From Kiritimatiellia bacterium (GTDB taxonomy: Bacteria > Verrucomicrobiota > Kiritimatiellia > RFP12 > UBA3636): a stretch of 38,745 nucleotides of DNA. The stretch is from assembly GCA_017424105.1 (NCBI GenBank), contig JAFPBK010000083.1, positions 1 through 38,745 of the forward strand. Reading direction: 5' to 3'. Positions within the stretch are counted from its first letter, which is position 1. Every line of letters begins with the position of its first letter. Below are positions 28,558 to 38,345 of this stretch, in pieces. The notes beneath the pieces are model-generated. The model was given only the letters and a program-made list of their open reading frames with translations. It had not been told where the DNA came from and did not search any database. The translations under genes and the position numbers were made by a program.

Positions 28558-30837
28558 TTATTTATTTGTTTTCTGAACTGTTTTCTTAACTACCTTTACA
28601 GAACTGAATATCTCTTTAATTTCTGTTGTACGAGGATTCTCACGAGTACCAGCATAATGTATTCTTACTGTAATTGGCATTGGCTTTGGCTGCTTAAATT
28701 TCTGCATTTGAGCATCAGTAAATACAATATAGCTTGGCTCTGAAACACCTTTTATCTCAATTATATCAACGCCTTCAGACTTCTTCTTCCAGTAATCTGC
28801 ATCGCCAGCCTTCATGCGCTCATCTTCTGATGTAAATTCACGAGGAACTTCCTTGAGATATAGCTCAACAAGCTTATTCATTGCAATAGCATCACCTAAC
28901 TCAGCTGCACGCTCATACCAGTGATATGCAGCTTCGTTAGATTGATTTGCATATCCCAAGAGGAACATTGTTCCCAAATTAACCATTGCATCTGCACGAA
29001 GTACATAATGTACTCTTGTATTATTAGCAATGCGACGATACCATTTTACCGCATTTGAATAATCCTTCTGCACATATCGTCCTTCATAATTTAGTCGAGC
29101 AAGAACTAACTGAGAAGGAACATGATCTGCTCCTGCAAAACGCTCTATTGCGTTGAAAAGAATAGGATATTCCTTTTCCTTTGGCATGCCACGTCCTTCA
29201 GACACAAAGTAAAGAATTCTATTCATTGCTTGAACAGAGCGTGGATTAAAGCCATATTCTGCTTTAATTGTAAGACGCCAATAGTTCATTGCTCTTGCAT
29301 CATTATCCTTACTCTCACCTGTTGTCTTTTGTGCATATAAATCACCAAGCAACAAGCTAGCCTTTGGCATATTGCCATTTGCAAGTTTATCAAGAATAGT
29401 CTCTGCCTCTATGCGCTGTGGCTCATAGCCAACACCTGCAAGCATCAAATAAGCACGCCAAAATTCAATCTCTGTATCGTACTTATACTGCTCGTCATAA
29501 TAGCTCTTATATCTTTCTACAAGCTCTACAGCCTCTTCACGATTCTTCTCTACGCCATTCTGACCAAACCATAGCATAATGGAATAACGTGCTGCAGCAA
29601 GTGGATTTATCAGCTTATTTGAAATCAATTGCTCTACAGTATATTCTTCCACAAGTGCAGGAAGACGACTCTTGTCATTATTATTCTCATCCTCGCCAAT
29701 AATAGAAATTGCGGAATAAGCAGACTCCTCTTTCATTGTCTGATTGATAAGAGAATCTTGCTCATGTTGATACAAGAAATAAGCAATACCTGCGCAACAA
29801 CCAACTAAGAAAAGCATCAAAAGCACAAACTTTGAATTGCGCATCATTTGACGATTTACTGCATCATGGTTTTTATGGGAAGAGTGTCTGCGCTGCTTGC
29901 TAAATGCACTCTTATGTCTATGCTTATGAGAATGAATCTTCTTTGCATTTGCTGATACTTCTGGCTTATTTTCTGTATTATCCTCAGAAGCATCTTCTTC
30001 TCCATGTGTATTATTATTGTTCAAAGATGGAATAAAATCCTCAACAGAACAGCGTTGATAGTATTTAATACCATTCTTTGAAAAGATGTCAAGAACATCA
30101 AGATATAATTGGCAAACAGCATCATAGCCATCCAAATTCTTTGCCTTTGAAGCCAGTTCTAAAAGAGCTGGTTTTGCATTAGCCCAATTACGATTATTTG
30201 GACTTGCTGCATTAGCAACCTTTTCTATTAAACGGCCTGCCTCAACAATATCAAGTGCAATTCCTTTATATGCCTCTGCTTGCTCTGGCCACATTGCACA
30301 AGGCACACGTGTAACTACACCTACAGGATTCAATTGTTTATCAAGCAAAGGATTTGAAAATGCACTTCCAACATACAAATCATAAGCATGTAAATTGGAT
30401 ACTGTTTCTAAAACATCGTAAAGTACTAATGAGCAATCATCACCAGCAAGTCCACCAGTTGTGGTACTTTCCGCAATCAATGAATCTAAATCAAAAACAA
30501 GCTTATTATTCTTTTCTTCAGATGTTTGGCAATTTATATCTGTAAAAAGATGAATCTGCTTTAAACCTGTAGGTCTTTCAGTACGAATCCAGCGAACACC
30601 ATCAGACTCTCCTGCTGCAAAGCACTTGATAATACAAGGGCTTTGCAGCTTGCGAACCTTCTTAATGTGCTCATTCAAAGCGTCTACTGTAACATTACTG
30701 TCTTCAGGAATAATATGAAGAGCATATTTTCTATTTGTAGATCCAAAAATTACAGAATAAGCTTCGCCAAATGCGCTGGTCCCAATATATTCAATGACCT
30801 TATGTTGTCCGACCTTTTGTCCATGAATTAGTTGCAT
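28558..30837 (-). CDS. membrane protein: N-terminal pseudokinase, His/Lys-rich linker, TM helix, Sel1-like repeats
   Basis: IGTSAFGEAY/YALH kinase N-lobe; TM FVLLMLFLVGCCAGIAYFLY; Sel1 motifs (AVKWY, AYHWYERAAELGDAIAM); AGGAG RBS before ATG 30837. Confidence 0.75.
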   Translation of the reverse strand: MQLIHGQKVGQHKVIEYIGTSAFGEAYSVIFGSTNRKYALHIIPEDSNVTVDALNEHIKKVRKLQSPCIIKCFAAGESDGVRWIRTERPTGLKQIHLFTDINCQTSEEKNNKLVFDLDSLIAESTTTGGLAGDDCSLVLYDVLETVSNLHAYDLYVGSAFSNPLLDKQLNPVGVVTRVPCAMWPEQAEAYKGIALDIVEAGRLIEKVANAASPNNRNWANAKPALLELASKAKNLDGYDAVCQLYLDVLDIFSKNGIKYYQRCSVEDFIPSLNNNNTHGEEDASEDNTENKPEVSANAKKIHSHKHRHKSAFSKQRRHSSHKNHDAVNRQMMRNSKFVLLMLFLVGCCAGIAYFLYQHEQDSLINQTMKEESAYSAISIIGEDENNNDKSRLPALVEEYTVEQLISNKLINPLAAARYSIMLWFGQNGVEKNREEAVELVERYKSYYDEQYKYDTEIEFWRAYLMLAGVGYEPQRIEAETILDKLANGNMPKASLLLGDLYAQKTTGESKDNDARAMNYWRLTIKAEYGFNPRSVQAMNRILYFVSEGRGMPKEKEYPILFNAIERFAGADHVPSQLVLARLNYEGRYVQKDYSNAVKWYRRIANNTRVHYVLRADAMVNLGTMFLLGYANQSNEAAYHWYERAAELGDAIAMNKLVELYLKEVPREFTSEDERMKAGDADYWKKKSEGVDIIEIKGVSEPSYIVFTDAQMQKFKQPKPMPITVRIHYAGTRENPRTTEIKEIFSSVKVVKKTVQKTNK

Positions 30838-30864
30838 ATTTTTTGCTCCTAAGCTCACAAGATT

Positions 30865-33800
30865 TTACGAATTTGCCCCGCAGCACTTCTTATATTTTTT
30901 ACCACTTCCACATGGGCAAGGATCATTACGTCCAACTGAAACAGCAGCCTTGACAGGACCACGTGCAGCACCATTCTCTGCTGCTGCGCGAGCTGCTTGT
31001 GCTTTCTCAGCCATTGCAAGAGCCTTGTCAAAAGCATCTGAGCTTACGCTGCTTGCTGCTGGAGCAGAAGTAACACGGCTAGCCTGAGCTGCTCTTGCTG
31101 CCTGCTGATTTACACCAGAAGCTGCAGCTGTTGCTTGAGCTAATACAGAAGCCTGTTCCTCAGGATTATTTGTCTTAACACGGCGTGACATTGCCATACG
31201 TGTCATAAAGCCTTGCATTGCCTCTAGTGAGGTTGCAGAACGGAATGCTGCTGTGCAAACATTAAGCTTAATGCGCTCCATCAAATCGTAGAACATGATT
31301 GAAGCCTCACGCTTATACTCAACTAGAGGATCGCGCTGTGCATAAGAGCGAAGACGTACATCACCGCGCAAATCATCCATTGAACGCAAATATGTTTGCC
31401 ACTCTGTATCAACACTGCGAAGCATTACATAGCGCTCCAAATCCATTAGGCGATCTGGTGTTTCCATTGAGCACTTTAGCTGATATGCTTCCTCAACCAA
31501 ATTCATAATAAACTTAGCTGCTTCCTCTGCCTTACCCTTGAATTGAACAAGATCTGCTTCTGCCAGCGGAATTGGGAATACGCTGTTTGCCCACTCAACA
31601 AGCTCACCTAAACGAGAGTCCTTTTCTGAAATGATAAACTTCTCGCATTGAGTCATGATAATATCATTGAAAATATCAAGAATTAAATCATGAACATTTT
31701 CGCTTGATAGTGCATCTGAACGGAAGCCATAAATCACCTCGCGCTGACGATTCATAACATCATCATATTCAAGTGTACGCTTACGAATTGAGAAGTTACG
31801 CTGCTCAACCTTGCGCTGAGCTGTTTCAATTGAGCGATTCAACAGACCTGCTTGAATTGGCTCGCCTTCCTTATAGCCCATGCGAGCCATCATTCCTGCA
31901 ATGCGGTCAGAACCAAACAGACGCATTAGAGGATCCTCAAGAGAAACGTAGAAACGTGAAGAACCTGGATCACCCTGACGAGCACAGCGACCACGTAGCT
32001 GGCGGTCAATACGGCGAGACTCGTGTCTCTCAGAGCCAATCACACGCAAACCGCAAGGGCGCTCTTCAAGAAGCTCGCGTAATGTCTTTGGATAACCCTG
32101 TGGCTTATCATCAAGACTTGTTTGTGACTGTATCAACTCACGAGGTGTCCAAACGACGCCCTCTCCAAGCTTAATATCAGTACCACGACCAGCCATATTT
32201 GTTGCAATTGTTACTGCTCCTGGCTGACCTGCAAGTGCAACAATCTCTGCCTCGCGTGCATGGTTCTTTGCATTCAACACATTGTGTGGAATACCAGCCT
32301 GCTTGAATAAGCGAGAAAGAATTTCTGATGTTTCAACTGCAACAGTACCAAGAAGCACTGGCTGCCCATTTCTATGACACTCCTTTACCTCGTCAATAAT
32401 TGCATTGAATTTCTCACGCTGTGTGCGATACATCAAGTCATTGCTGTCAACACGACGAATTGGGCGATTTGTTGGAATTACAACCACATCAAGGCGATAA
32501 ATCTCATTAAATTCTGAAGCTTCTGTTTCTGCTGTACCTGTCATACCAGCAAGCTTCTTATACATACGGAAGTAGTTCTGAATTGTAATTGTTGCAAGAG
32601 TCTGAGTCTCGCGCTCAATCTTTACGCCTTCCTTAGCTTCAACTGCTTGGTGAAGACCATCTGACCAACGGCGGCCTGGAAGGATACGTCCTGTAAATTC
32701 ATCAACGATAAGAACCTTGTTGTCCATAACAACATAATCTGTATCCTTTTCGTACAAGCAATAAGCCTTTAGAAGCTGGTCAATTGTATGGATACGCTCG
32801 CTTCTCTCTGCAAAATCTGCTTGAGCTGCCTGACGCTTCATCTGGCGCTCTTCATTTGACAAGCCTTCTGCATCAATTGCTGACATAATTGCAACAATAT
32901 CAGGAAGCACGAACATTTCATGATCTGCAGGATTTAATTCTGTGCAACCATTATCTGTCAAAATTGCTTCACGAGTACGCTCATCAATTGTGAAGTATAG
33001 CTCCTCTCTGAATCTGCGGGAGTCTTCCTTATGCATCTCTGTAAGCATCATGTTCTCAACATCCTCATGAAGCTTACGGATAGATGGCTCTTCAAACATC
33101 TGTAGCAAGCGAGGGTGCTTTGGCATTGCATGATAAATCTGATACATATACTTCAAAGAAGCATCACGATTCTCTTCCTTGATTGCTGCTTCAACCTTTG
33201 TAAATAACTGATCTACCAGCTGTAGCTGCTTACGATACAAGCGCTCAACCTTTGGCTGCAATAAAGAGTACTGCTGATTTGTTTGAGGTGCAGGACCAGA
33301 AATAATAAGTGGTGTACGAGCCTCATCAATAAGAATTGAGTCCACCTCGTCGATAATAGCAAAGCTATATCCACGCTGTACTTGCTCCTGAGCAGAGGTT
33401 GCCATACCATTATCACGCAAATAGTCAAAACCGAACTCAGAGTTTGTTCCATAAGTAACATCACAAGCATATTGCTCGCGGCGCTGCATTGGATTCATTG
33501 TATTTTGAATACAACCAACTGTCAGACCAAGCCACTTAAATACCTGACCAACCCACTGAGAGTCACGTAATGCCAAATAATCGTTAACAGTAACAAGATG
33601 AACATTATTTCCTGTAAGTGCATTTAGGTACAAAGGAAGTGTTGCAACAAGTGTTTTACCTTCACCAGTCTGCATTTCTGCAATCTTACCTTGGTGTAGA
33701 ACAATACCACCCATTAGCTGAACGTCAAATGGCACCATTTCCCATCTTAGAGTATGACCGCAAACCTCGTATTCATTACCGCACATTCTGCGACAAGCAT

Positions 33801-34011
33801 TCTTTACGACAGCAAATGCCTCACACATAATGTCATCAAGAGTTTCACCATTCTTTAGACGCTCTTTAAATTCAGGTGTCTTTGCACGTAGTTCATCATC
33901 TGAAAGTGATTTATACTGCTCATCAAAGCGATTGATAGCCTCTACATATGGACGCAATTTCTTTACATCGCGAGCACGCTTTGTTCCAAAAATTTTAGCA
34001 AAAAGATTCAT
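30865..34011 (-). CDS. secA: preprotein translocase ATPase SecA
   Basis: MQTGEGKT, VTVNDYLA, DEVDSILIDEARTPLIISG, TNMAGRGTDI, RQGDPG, SEC-C GRNDPCPCGSGKKYKKCC. Confidence 0.99.
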   Translation of the reverse strand: MNLFAKIFGTKRARDVKKLRPYVEAINRFDEQYKSLSDDELRAKTPEFKERLKNGETLDDIMCEAFAVVKNACRRMCGNEYEVCGHTLRWEMVPFDVQLMGGIVLHQGKIAEMQTGEGKTLVATLPLYLNALTGNNVHLVTVNDYLALRDSQWVGQVFKWLGLTVGCIQNTMNPMQRREQYACDVTYGTNSEFGFDYLRDNGMATSAQEQVQRGYSFAIIDEVDSILIDEARTPLIISGPAPQTNQQYSLLQPKVERLYRKQLQLVDQLFTKVEAAIKEENRDASLKYMYQIYHAMPKHPRLLQMFEEPSIRKLHEDVENMMLTEMHKEDSRRFREELYFTIDERTREAILTDNGCTELNPADHEMFVLPDIVAIMSAIDAEGLSNEERQMKRQAAQADFAERSERIHTIDQLLKAYCLYEKDTDYVVMDNKVLIVDEFTGRILPGRRWSDGLHQAVEAKEGVKIERETQTLATITIQNYFRMYKKLAGMTGTAETEASEFNEIYRLDVVVIPTNRPIRRVDSNDLMYRTQREKFNAIIDEVKECHRNGQPVLLGTVAVETSEILSRLFKQAGIPHNVLNAKNHAREAEIVALAGQPGAVTIATNMAGRGTDIKLGEGVVWTPRELIQSQTSLDDKPQGYPKTLRELLEERPCGLRVIGSERHESRRIDRQLRGRCARQGDPGSSRFYVSLEDPLMRLFGSDRIAGMMARMGYKEGEPIQAGLLNRSIETAQRKVEQRNFSIRKRTLEYDDVMNRQREVIYGFRSDALSSENVHDLILDIFNDIIMTQCEKFIISEKDSRLGELVEWANSVFPIPLAEADLVQFKGKAEEAAKFIMNLVEEAYQLKCSMETPDRLMDLERYVMLRSVDTEWQTYLRSMDDLRGDVRLRSYAQRDPLVEYKREASIMFYDLMERIKLNVCTAAFRSATSLEAMQGFMTRMAMSRRVKTNNPEEQASVLAQATAAASGVNQQAARAAQASRVTSAPAASSVSSDAFDKALAMAEKAQAARAAAENGAARGPVKAAVSVGRNDPCPCGSGKKYKKCCGANS

Positions 34012-34088
34012 TTTTATTCCTTAAAATCAAATATATAAATTTGGCATAAAAAATGCCAAAAAACTTTCATCACGAATTAAACATATAA

Positions 34089-34117
34089 ATATTAACAAAT
34101 TGTTAAAATAAAAGCAA
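34089..34117 (-). promoter_or_regulatory. putative sigma70 promoter of secA
   Basis: TTGCTT-17-TAATAT. Confidence 0.45.
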
Positions 34118-34186
34118 TTATTTATATGTGAAAGAACCCCTAAAAAACACATAATTTCGGCTATTTTTTGATAGCTCATTGACAAA

Positions 34187-34548
34187 ATGAAGCAACGCGA
34201 ACGCTATGAAGCGATATAGCGCAATTTATGCGATGGAATTATTTAAAGTTTCAGCAAGGCGAGGACGCCATGCCGCCCAGTTATTCTGTAAGACGGGACG
34301 TCTTACAGCCCAGTTAACGTGTAGGACGGGGACGTCCTACACCCCAGAAAAACCGCGATAGCCAATACACGTTAATCCTGAGAAATCATCTTGGTGCACA
34401 GCCAGGGCGACGCCTGGCTGCTCCGAGATAATTGAATCATGCACACCACGCGCACACAGCACCTAGCCACCACACTCACGCAGCACCTAGAAATCCTGCC
34501 ATCCTGCGCAATCCCGTAATCCTGCGTCCCTTCCCTTCGCACTTTTAG
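34187..34548 (+). repeat. dispersed modular element, copy 3 (type-2 tail)
   Basis: Core 34245-34347; tail like copy 2; CTGCGTCCCTTCCCTTCGCAC shared with copy 1. Confidence 0.92.
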
Positions 34549-34626
34549 AAACCACTCTTTGTGCAAGACGAGACGGCAAAATACCCCAGAAAAACAGACC
34601 CAATGAGCGTTCTGCGATAAAATAAC

Positions 34627-35355
34627 TTAAAGTGCTTGTACTGCCTCTGTTGCAACAGAAACAGCATACAATGCAGCTGTTTCAACACGCAAAATATTAT
34701 TGCCTAAGGTCACTGGTATTGCTCCCACAGCAATTGCTTGCTCTAATTCTGATGAAGACAAATCTCCCTCAGGACCAATTATTATGCCAAGCTTCTTTAT
34801 TGGCTGTGAAAGCTCGCGTATTGCAGTTGTGCAAGTGCGACTCTTCTCTCGCAAATCAGTAAGCAAAGTAGGTTGCTCAGAAAATTTTGCAACAGCATTT
34901 TTCCAACTGCATGCTGCCTCAATTTTCATCAAATAAGGACTGCTGCATTGCGTTACAGCTGCCTCAGCAATGCGTACCCATCGCTCCACACTGCTATCCT
35001 TTGGTTTTATCTGTACAAATTCAGAAACAATAGGAACAAGCCTATGCACCCCTAACTCTTGTGCCTTCTCTACAAGCCAATCCATGCGAGCAGGCTTAGC
35101 TATACACTGAAACAGTGTCAACTCCACTGCAGGTGGTGGCACAGTGATTACTTCACCAGTAAAATTTATTGATGCACTACGTTTTGCAAGCTGCGAAATA
35201 ACAGCTTCACGCTTATGCCCTTCTCCATCTGTTAAATCAAGCTTATCTCCAAGCTTAGCACGAAGCACAGTCACCACATGGTGCATCTGTGCTTCTGGCA
35301 ATACTTGCTCGCCGTCTGCTAACAATATTTCAGATGGAAGAAGTAATGTATGCAT
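34627..35355 (-). CDS. rsmE: 16S rRNA m3U1498 methyltransferase
   Basis: HHVVTVLR, EKAQELGV, IGPEGD, LGNNILRVETA. Confidence 0.95.
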   Translation of the reverse strand: MHTLLLPSEILLADGEQVLPEAQMHHVVTVLRAKLGDKLDLTDGEGHKREAVISQLAKRSASINFTGEVITVPPPAVELTLFQCIAKPARMDWLVEKAQELGVHRLVPIVSEFVQIKPKDSSVERWVRIAEAAVTQCSSPYLMKIEAACSWKNAVAKFSEQPTLLTDLREKSRTCTTAIRELSQPIKKLGIIIGPEGDLSSSELEQAIAVGAIPVTLGNNILRVETAALYAVSVATEAVQAL

Positions 35356-35361
35356 AATAAA

Positions 35362-36540
35362 TTACTTACTTAGCTTTTCGCGTTCTGCAGCAAACTTTTC
35401 AGCATACTCTTCGAACTTGCGTGCTTCAGGATAAGAAGATTTATCAAAGGCATCACGGAATGCCTCAAGAGCTGCTTTTTGTTTTGAATTTAACTTATGA
35501 GGTGTTTCAACAACAACCTGTACGCGTAAATCACCAAAATGACGAGCATTCAGAATTGGGCATCCCTTATCGCGCAAGCGGAACATTGTTCCAGACTGTG
35601 TACCAGCTGGAATCTTCAGTTTTGCCATACCATCAAGAGCAGGAACTGTTACCTCGCCACCTAATGCTGCTACATCTGGTGTAACAGGTACTGTGCAAAT
35701 CAAATCATCACCATCACGCTCGAACAATGGATGACTCATCACATCAATCACGACATGCAAATCACCGCTTGGTCCGCCACGTAAGCCGCCCTCGCCTTTA
35801 CCTGCCATACGTAGACGTATGCCTGTATCTACACCACGAGGAATCTTAAGGCTTATTGTAGATTTTCCTTTTACGCGACCTGCACCACGGCAAGTACGGC
35901 AAGGTGTGCGAACCACACTGCCTGTTCCCTTACATACAGGGCAAGGAGATTGGACCTTAAAGAATGCGGCACCACTGACAACATAGCCGGAGCCACCACA
36001 TTGCTTACATGTTTCTCTGCTTGTACCAGCAGCAGCACCTGTTCCCTTACAATCAGGACAATCATGCTCATGAGGTATTGAAAGCTCTTTGGTTGTGCCA
36101 AATAGTGCTTCCTCTAGTGTAATTCTTAAATCATAACGTAAATCTGCGCCCTTTTGAGGAGCATTTGGATTTGCTGAACGCTTTGAACGGCCTCCACCAA
36201 AGAGAGTATCAAAAATGCTTCCGCCGCCTTCTCCACCAAATAGACCTTCAAAAAGATCTCCAAAATCACCTGCATGAGAAAAATCACGACCAAAATCAAA
36301 GCCACCAGGACCAAACTTTGTTCCCTCATGACCAAAACGGTCATAATTTGCGCGCTTATTTTCGTCACTTAAAATCTCATAAGCTTCAGAAACTTCTTTA
36401 AATTTCTCTTCAGCGGCTTTATCTCCAGGATTTCTATCCGGATGATATTTCATAGCGAGCTTACGATATGCCTTCTTAATTTCATCAGCAGTGGCAGTTT
36501 TAGAAACACCTAAAAGCTCATAATAATCTTGCTTAGCCAT
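35362..36540 (-). CDS. dnaJ: chaperone DnaJ
   Basis: J-domain HPD, G/F region, four CxxCxGxG motifs. Confidence 0.98.
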   Translation of the reverse strand: MAKQDYYELLGVSKTATADEIKKAYRKLAMKYHPDRNPGDKAAEEKFKEVSEAYEILSDENKRANYDRFGHEGTKFGPGGFDFGRDFSHAGDFGDLFEGLFGGEGGGSIFDTLFGGGRSKRSANPNAPQKGADLRYDLRITLEEALFGTTKELSIPHEHDCPDCKGTGAAAGTSRETCKQCGGSGYVVSGAAFFKVQSPCPVCKGTGSVVRTPCRTCRGAGRVKGKSTISLKIPRGVDTGIRLRMAGKGEGGLRGGPSGDLHVVIDVMSHPLFERDGDDLICTVPVTPDVAALGGEVTVPALDGMAKLKIPAGTQSGTMFRLRDKGCPILNARHFGDLRVQVVVETPHKLNSKQKAALEAFRDAFDKSSYPEARKFEEYAEKFAAEREKLSK

Positions 36541-36572
36541 AACTTGTTTTCCTAAACTCAGTATAAATTAAA

Positions 36573-37319
36573 TTATTCTACAGGTACTGAAACAATAACC
36601 TGAGCTGCACGAAGCACCTTTCCATTAAGAGTATAGCCCTTACGAACCTCAAATAGAACATGCTCTGGAGGAACGCTATCTGTAGGCATCTTTGAAAGTG
36701 CTTCATGATATTCTACATCAAAAGGCTTACCAAGAGACTCAACTGGCTTTAATCCAAATTTATCAAGTCCGCGTAGCAGCTCATTTTGAATAAGCTTAAA
36801 GCCTTCAATATAAGGATTTGGCTCTGCTGGCTTTGCTTCTTCTCCTTCTGCAGGAGCTGGAGCAGCAACGGTCTTCTCAAGAGAAGCAAGAGCGCTATCA
36901 ATATGATCTAGAGCTGGTAGCATTGCTGAAAGAAGTTCTGCATTTGCACTTTTAATCATATCTGCTTTATCGCGAGCCATACGTTTACGATAATTATCAA
37001 AATCAGCCTGAAGGCGCATTAAGCGTTCACGATAAATATCTGCCTCTGACTGTGCAGGAGCTTCTTCTGCTGGCTCCACCTCTGGTTCTTCTGCAGCAGC
37101 AGCAGCTTCCTCTGTTGATTCAGTTGCAGCCTCTTCTGCAGGAGCTTCCTCTGCTGTTGTCTCTTCTACAGGTGTCTCTTCTGTAGGAGCAGCTGGAGTC
37201 TCCTCCTCAACTGCAGGCTCTGCAGCTACAGTATTTTCTATTGTTTGCTCTTCAACAACTACATTTTCAGTTGTTGTTGTGTCATCTGCAGATACATTTT
37301 TCAAATCATCGCTATTCAT
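36573..37319 (-). CDS. grpE: nucleotide exchange factor GrpE
   Basis: RLQADFDNYRKR, FDVEYHEA, GYTLNGKVLRAAQV; long acidic N-terminus. Confidence 0.95.
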   Translation of the reverse strand: MNSDDLKNVSADDTTTTENVVVEEQTIENTVAAEPAVEEETPAAPTEETPVEETTAEEAPAEEAATESTEEAAAAAEEPEVEPAEEAPAQSEADIYRERLMRLQADFDNYRKRMARDKADMIKSANAELLSAMLPALDHIDSALASLEKTVAAPAPAEGEEAKPAEPNPYIEGFKLIQNELLRGLDKFGLKPVESLGKPFDVEYHEALSKMPTDSVPPEHVLFEVRKGYTLNGKVLRAAQVIVSVPVE

Positions 37320-37486
37320 AATAAACAAGTTCCTTCTAAATCAAATGGGTGTATAAAAACAAATTTATCAAAATACAAAACACCCAAAATCAGTATTAAA
37401 AAACATTTAAATTAAAAAAATATAGTTAAAAATTTTATCATTTTTTTGCTCTTTTGTAAACCAGAAATCAAAATCCACAAGAGAGA

Positions 37487-37526
37487 AAAATTCGCTGGCA
37501 AAACTCTAAAAAGCCAGCGAAATTTT
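37487..37526 (-). terminator. intrinsic terminator after the DUF1232 gene
   Basis: TTCGCTGGC...GCCAGCGAA stem with a T-tract on the minus strand. Confidence 0.7.
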
Positions 37527-37545
37527 AAATTAAAAACAGATAGAG

Positions 37546-37959
37546 CTATTTCTTAAAAATATCCTTTTCCATAATCACCTCTTCAGGCTCAACATCAATA
37601 ACTATACCAAGTTCTTTCTTTGTCTTCTCTTGTTCCAACTTATCCATCTTTGAGAGAACATACTTTAAAGCAAATGATGCTACTCCAAGGTCATCCAACC
37701 ATCCGATCAAAGGTATATAATCAGGAACAAAATCTAAAGGAGCAATGATATATAGCAAAGCTGCTCCGACTAGAATTTTTTCCTTCGCGCTAATTTTCGG
37801 AGAAACAAAGAAATTATACAGTTGCTTTGCTTTTTCTATTATACCTAGATTTTTAACTTTTTTTGACCAATCCACAAACATAGTTTTAATTTTCTCGTGA
37901 TTTTTTGGATCAGTAGCCTGCTTATACCATTTTGATTGAAAAAAATCTTTACCCTTCAT
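37546..37959 (-). CDS. YkvA/DUF1232 family membrane protein
   Basis: ALLYIIAPLDFVPDYIPLIGWLDDL signature; GGAGGAG RBS. Confidence 0.9.
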   Translation of the reverse strand: MKGKDFFQSKWYKQATDPKNHEKIKTMFVDWSKKVKNLGIIEKAKQLYNFFVSPKISAKEKILVGAALLYIIAPLDFVPDYIPLIGWLDDLGVASFALKYVLSKMDKLEQEKTKKELGIVIDVEPEEVIMEKDIFKK

Positions 37960-38019
37960 GAGTTAACTCCTCCGATGTATTTATTTAAGTAACTAATGTA
38001 AATTCAGTTAATTTACATG

Positions 38020-38036
38020 AGCAAAAAGTATGCCAA
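38020..38036 (-). promoter_or_regulatory. sigma54 (-24/-12) promoter
   Basis: TTGGCATACTTTTTGCT fits YTGGCACGRNNNTTGCW with exact GG-N10-GC spacing. Confidence 0.75.
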
Positions 38037-38087
38037 CAACTTTTTACATCAAAAACTCACACTTTTACTAATAAACCCGCTACTTTT

Positions 38088-38128
38088 TGTCACACTTCGC
38101 CCAATGATTGATGTCACATAATGCGACA
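38088..38128. promoter_or_regulatory. tandem putative enhancer-binding protein sites (UAS)
   Basis: TGTCACATAATGCGACA (38112-38128) and TGTCACACTTCGCCCA (38088-38103), ~80-120 bp upstream of the predicted start. Confidence 0.5.
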
Positions 38129-38184
38129 AACAACAAGGGTGCGTTTGCATCTTTTACGATGTAGCGCACCACTGTTGTTGTTTT
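38128..38184. other. long imperfect hairpin
   Basis: AACAACA..GGTGCG..TGCATC/GATGTA..CGCACC..TGTTGTT. Confidence 0.5.
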
Positions 38185-38345
38185 ATGCAAATGCTTCCGT
38201 CATAGCGCTTAATAAATTTGTCCCCAAGGTCCCCTAAGCGCTAAACTGACTGTACAATCGTCAAATCGTCTTTATGAAATAAGAGTTTTGCGCAATGCGT
38301 GCGTGCAAAGCACGCTAGGCCCGTTTTGAGTACAAGGCGGGATAA

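Noticed and set aside
37330-37545. CIRCE/HrcA operator before grpE
   Set aside because: No match to TTAGCACTC-N9-GAGTGCTAA; only a weak TGGGTGT/ACACCCA inverted repeat.
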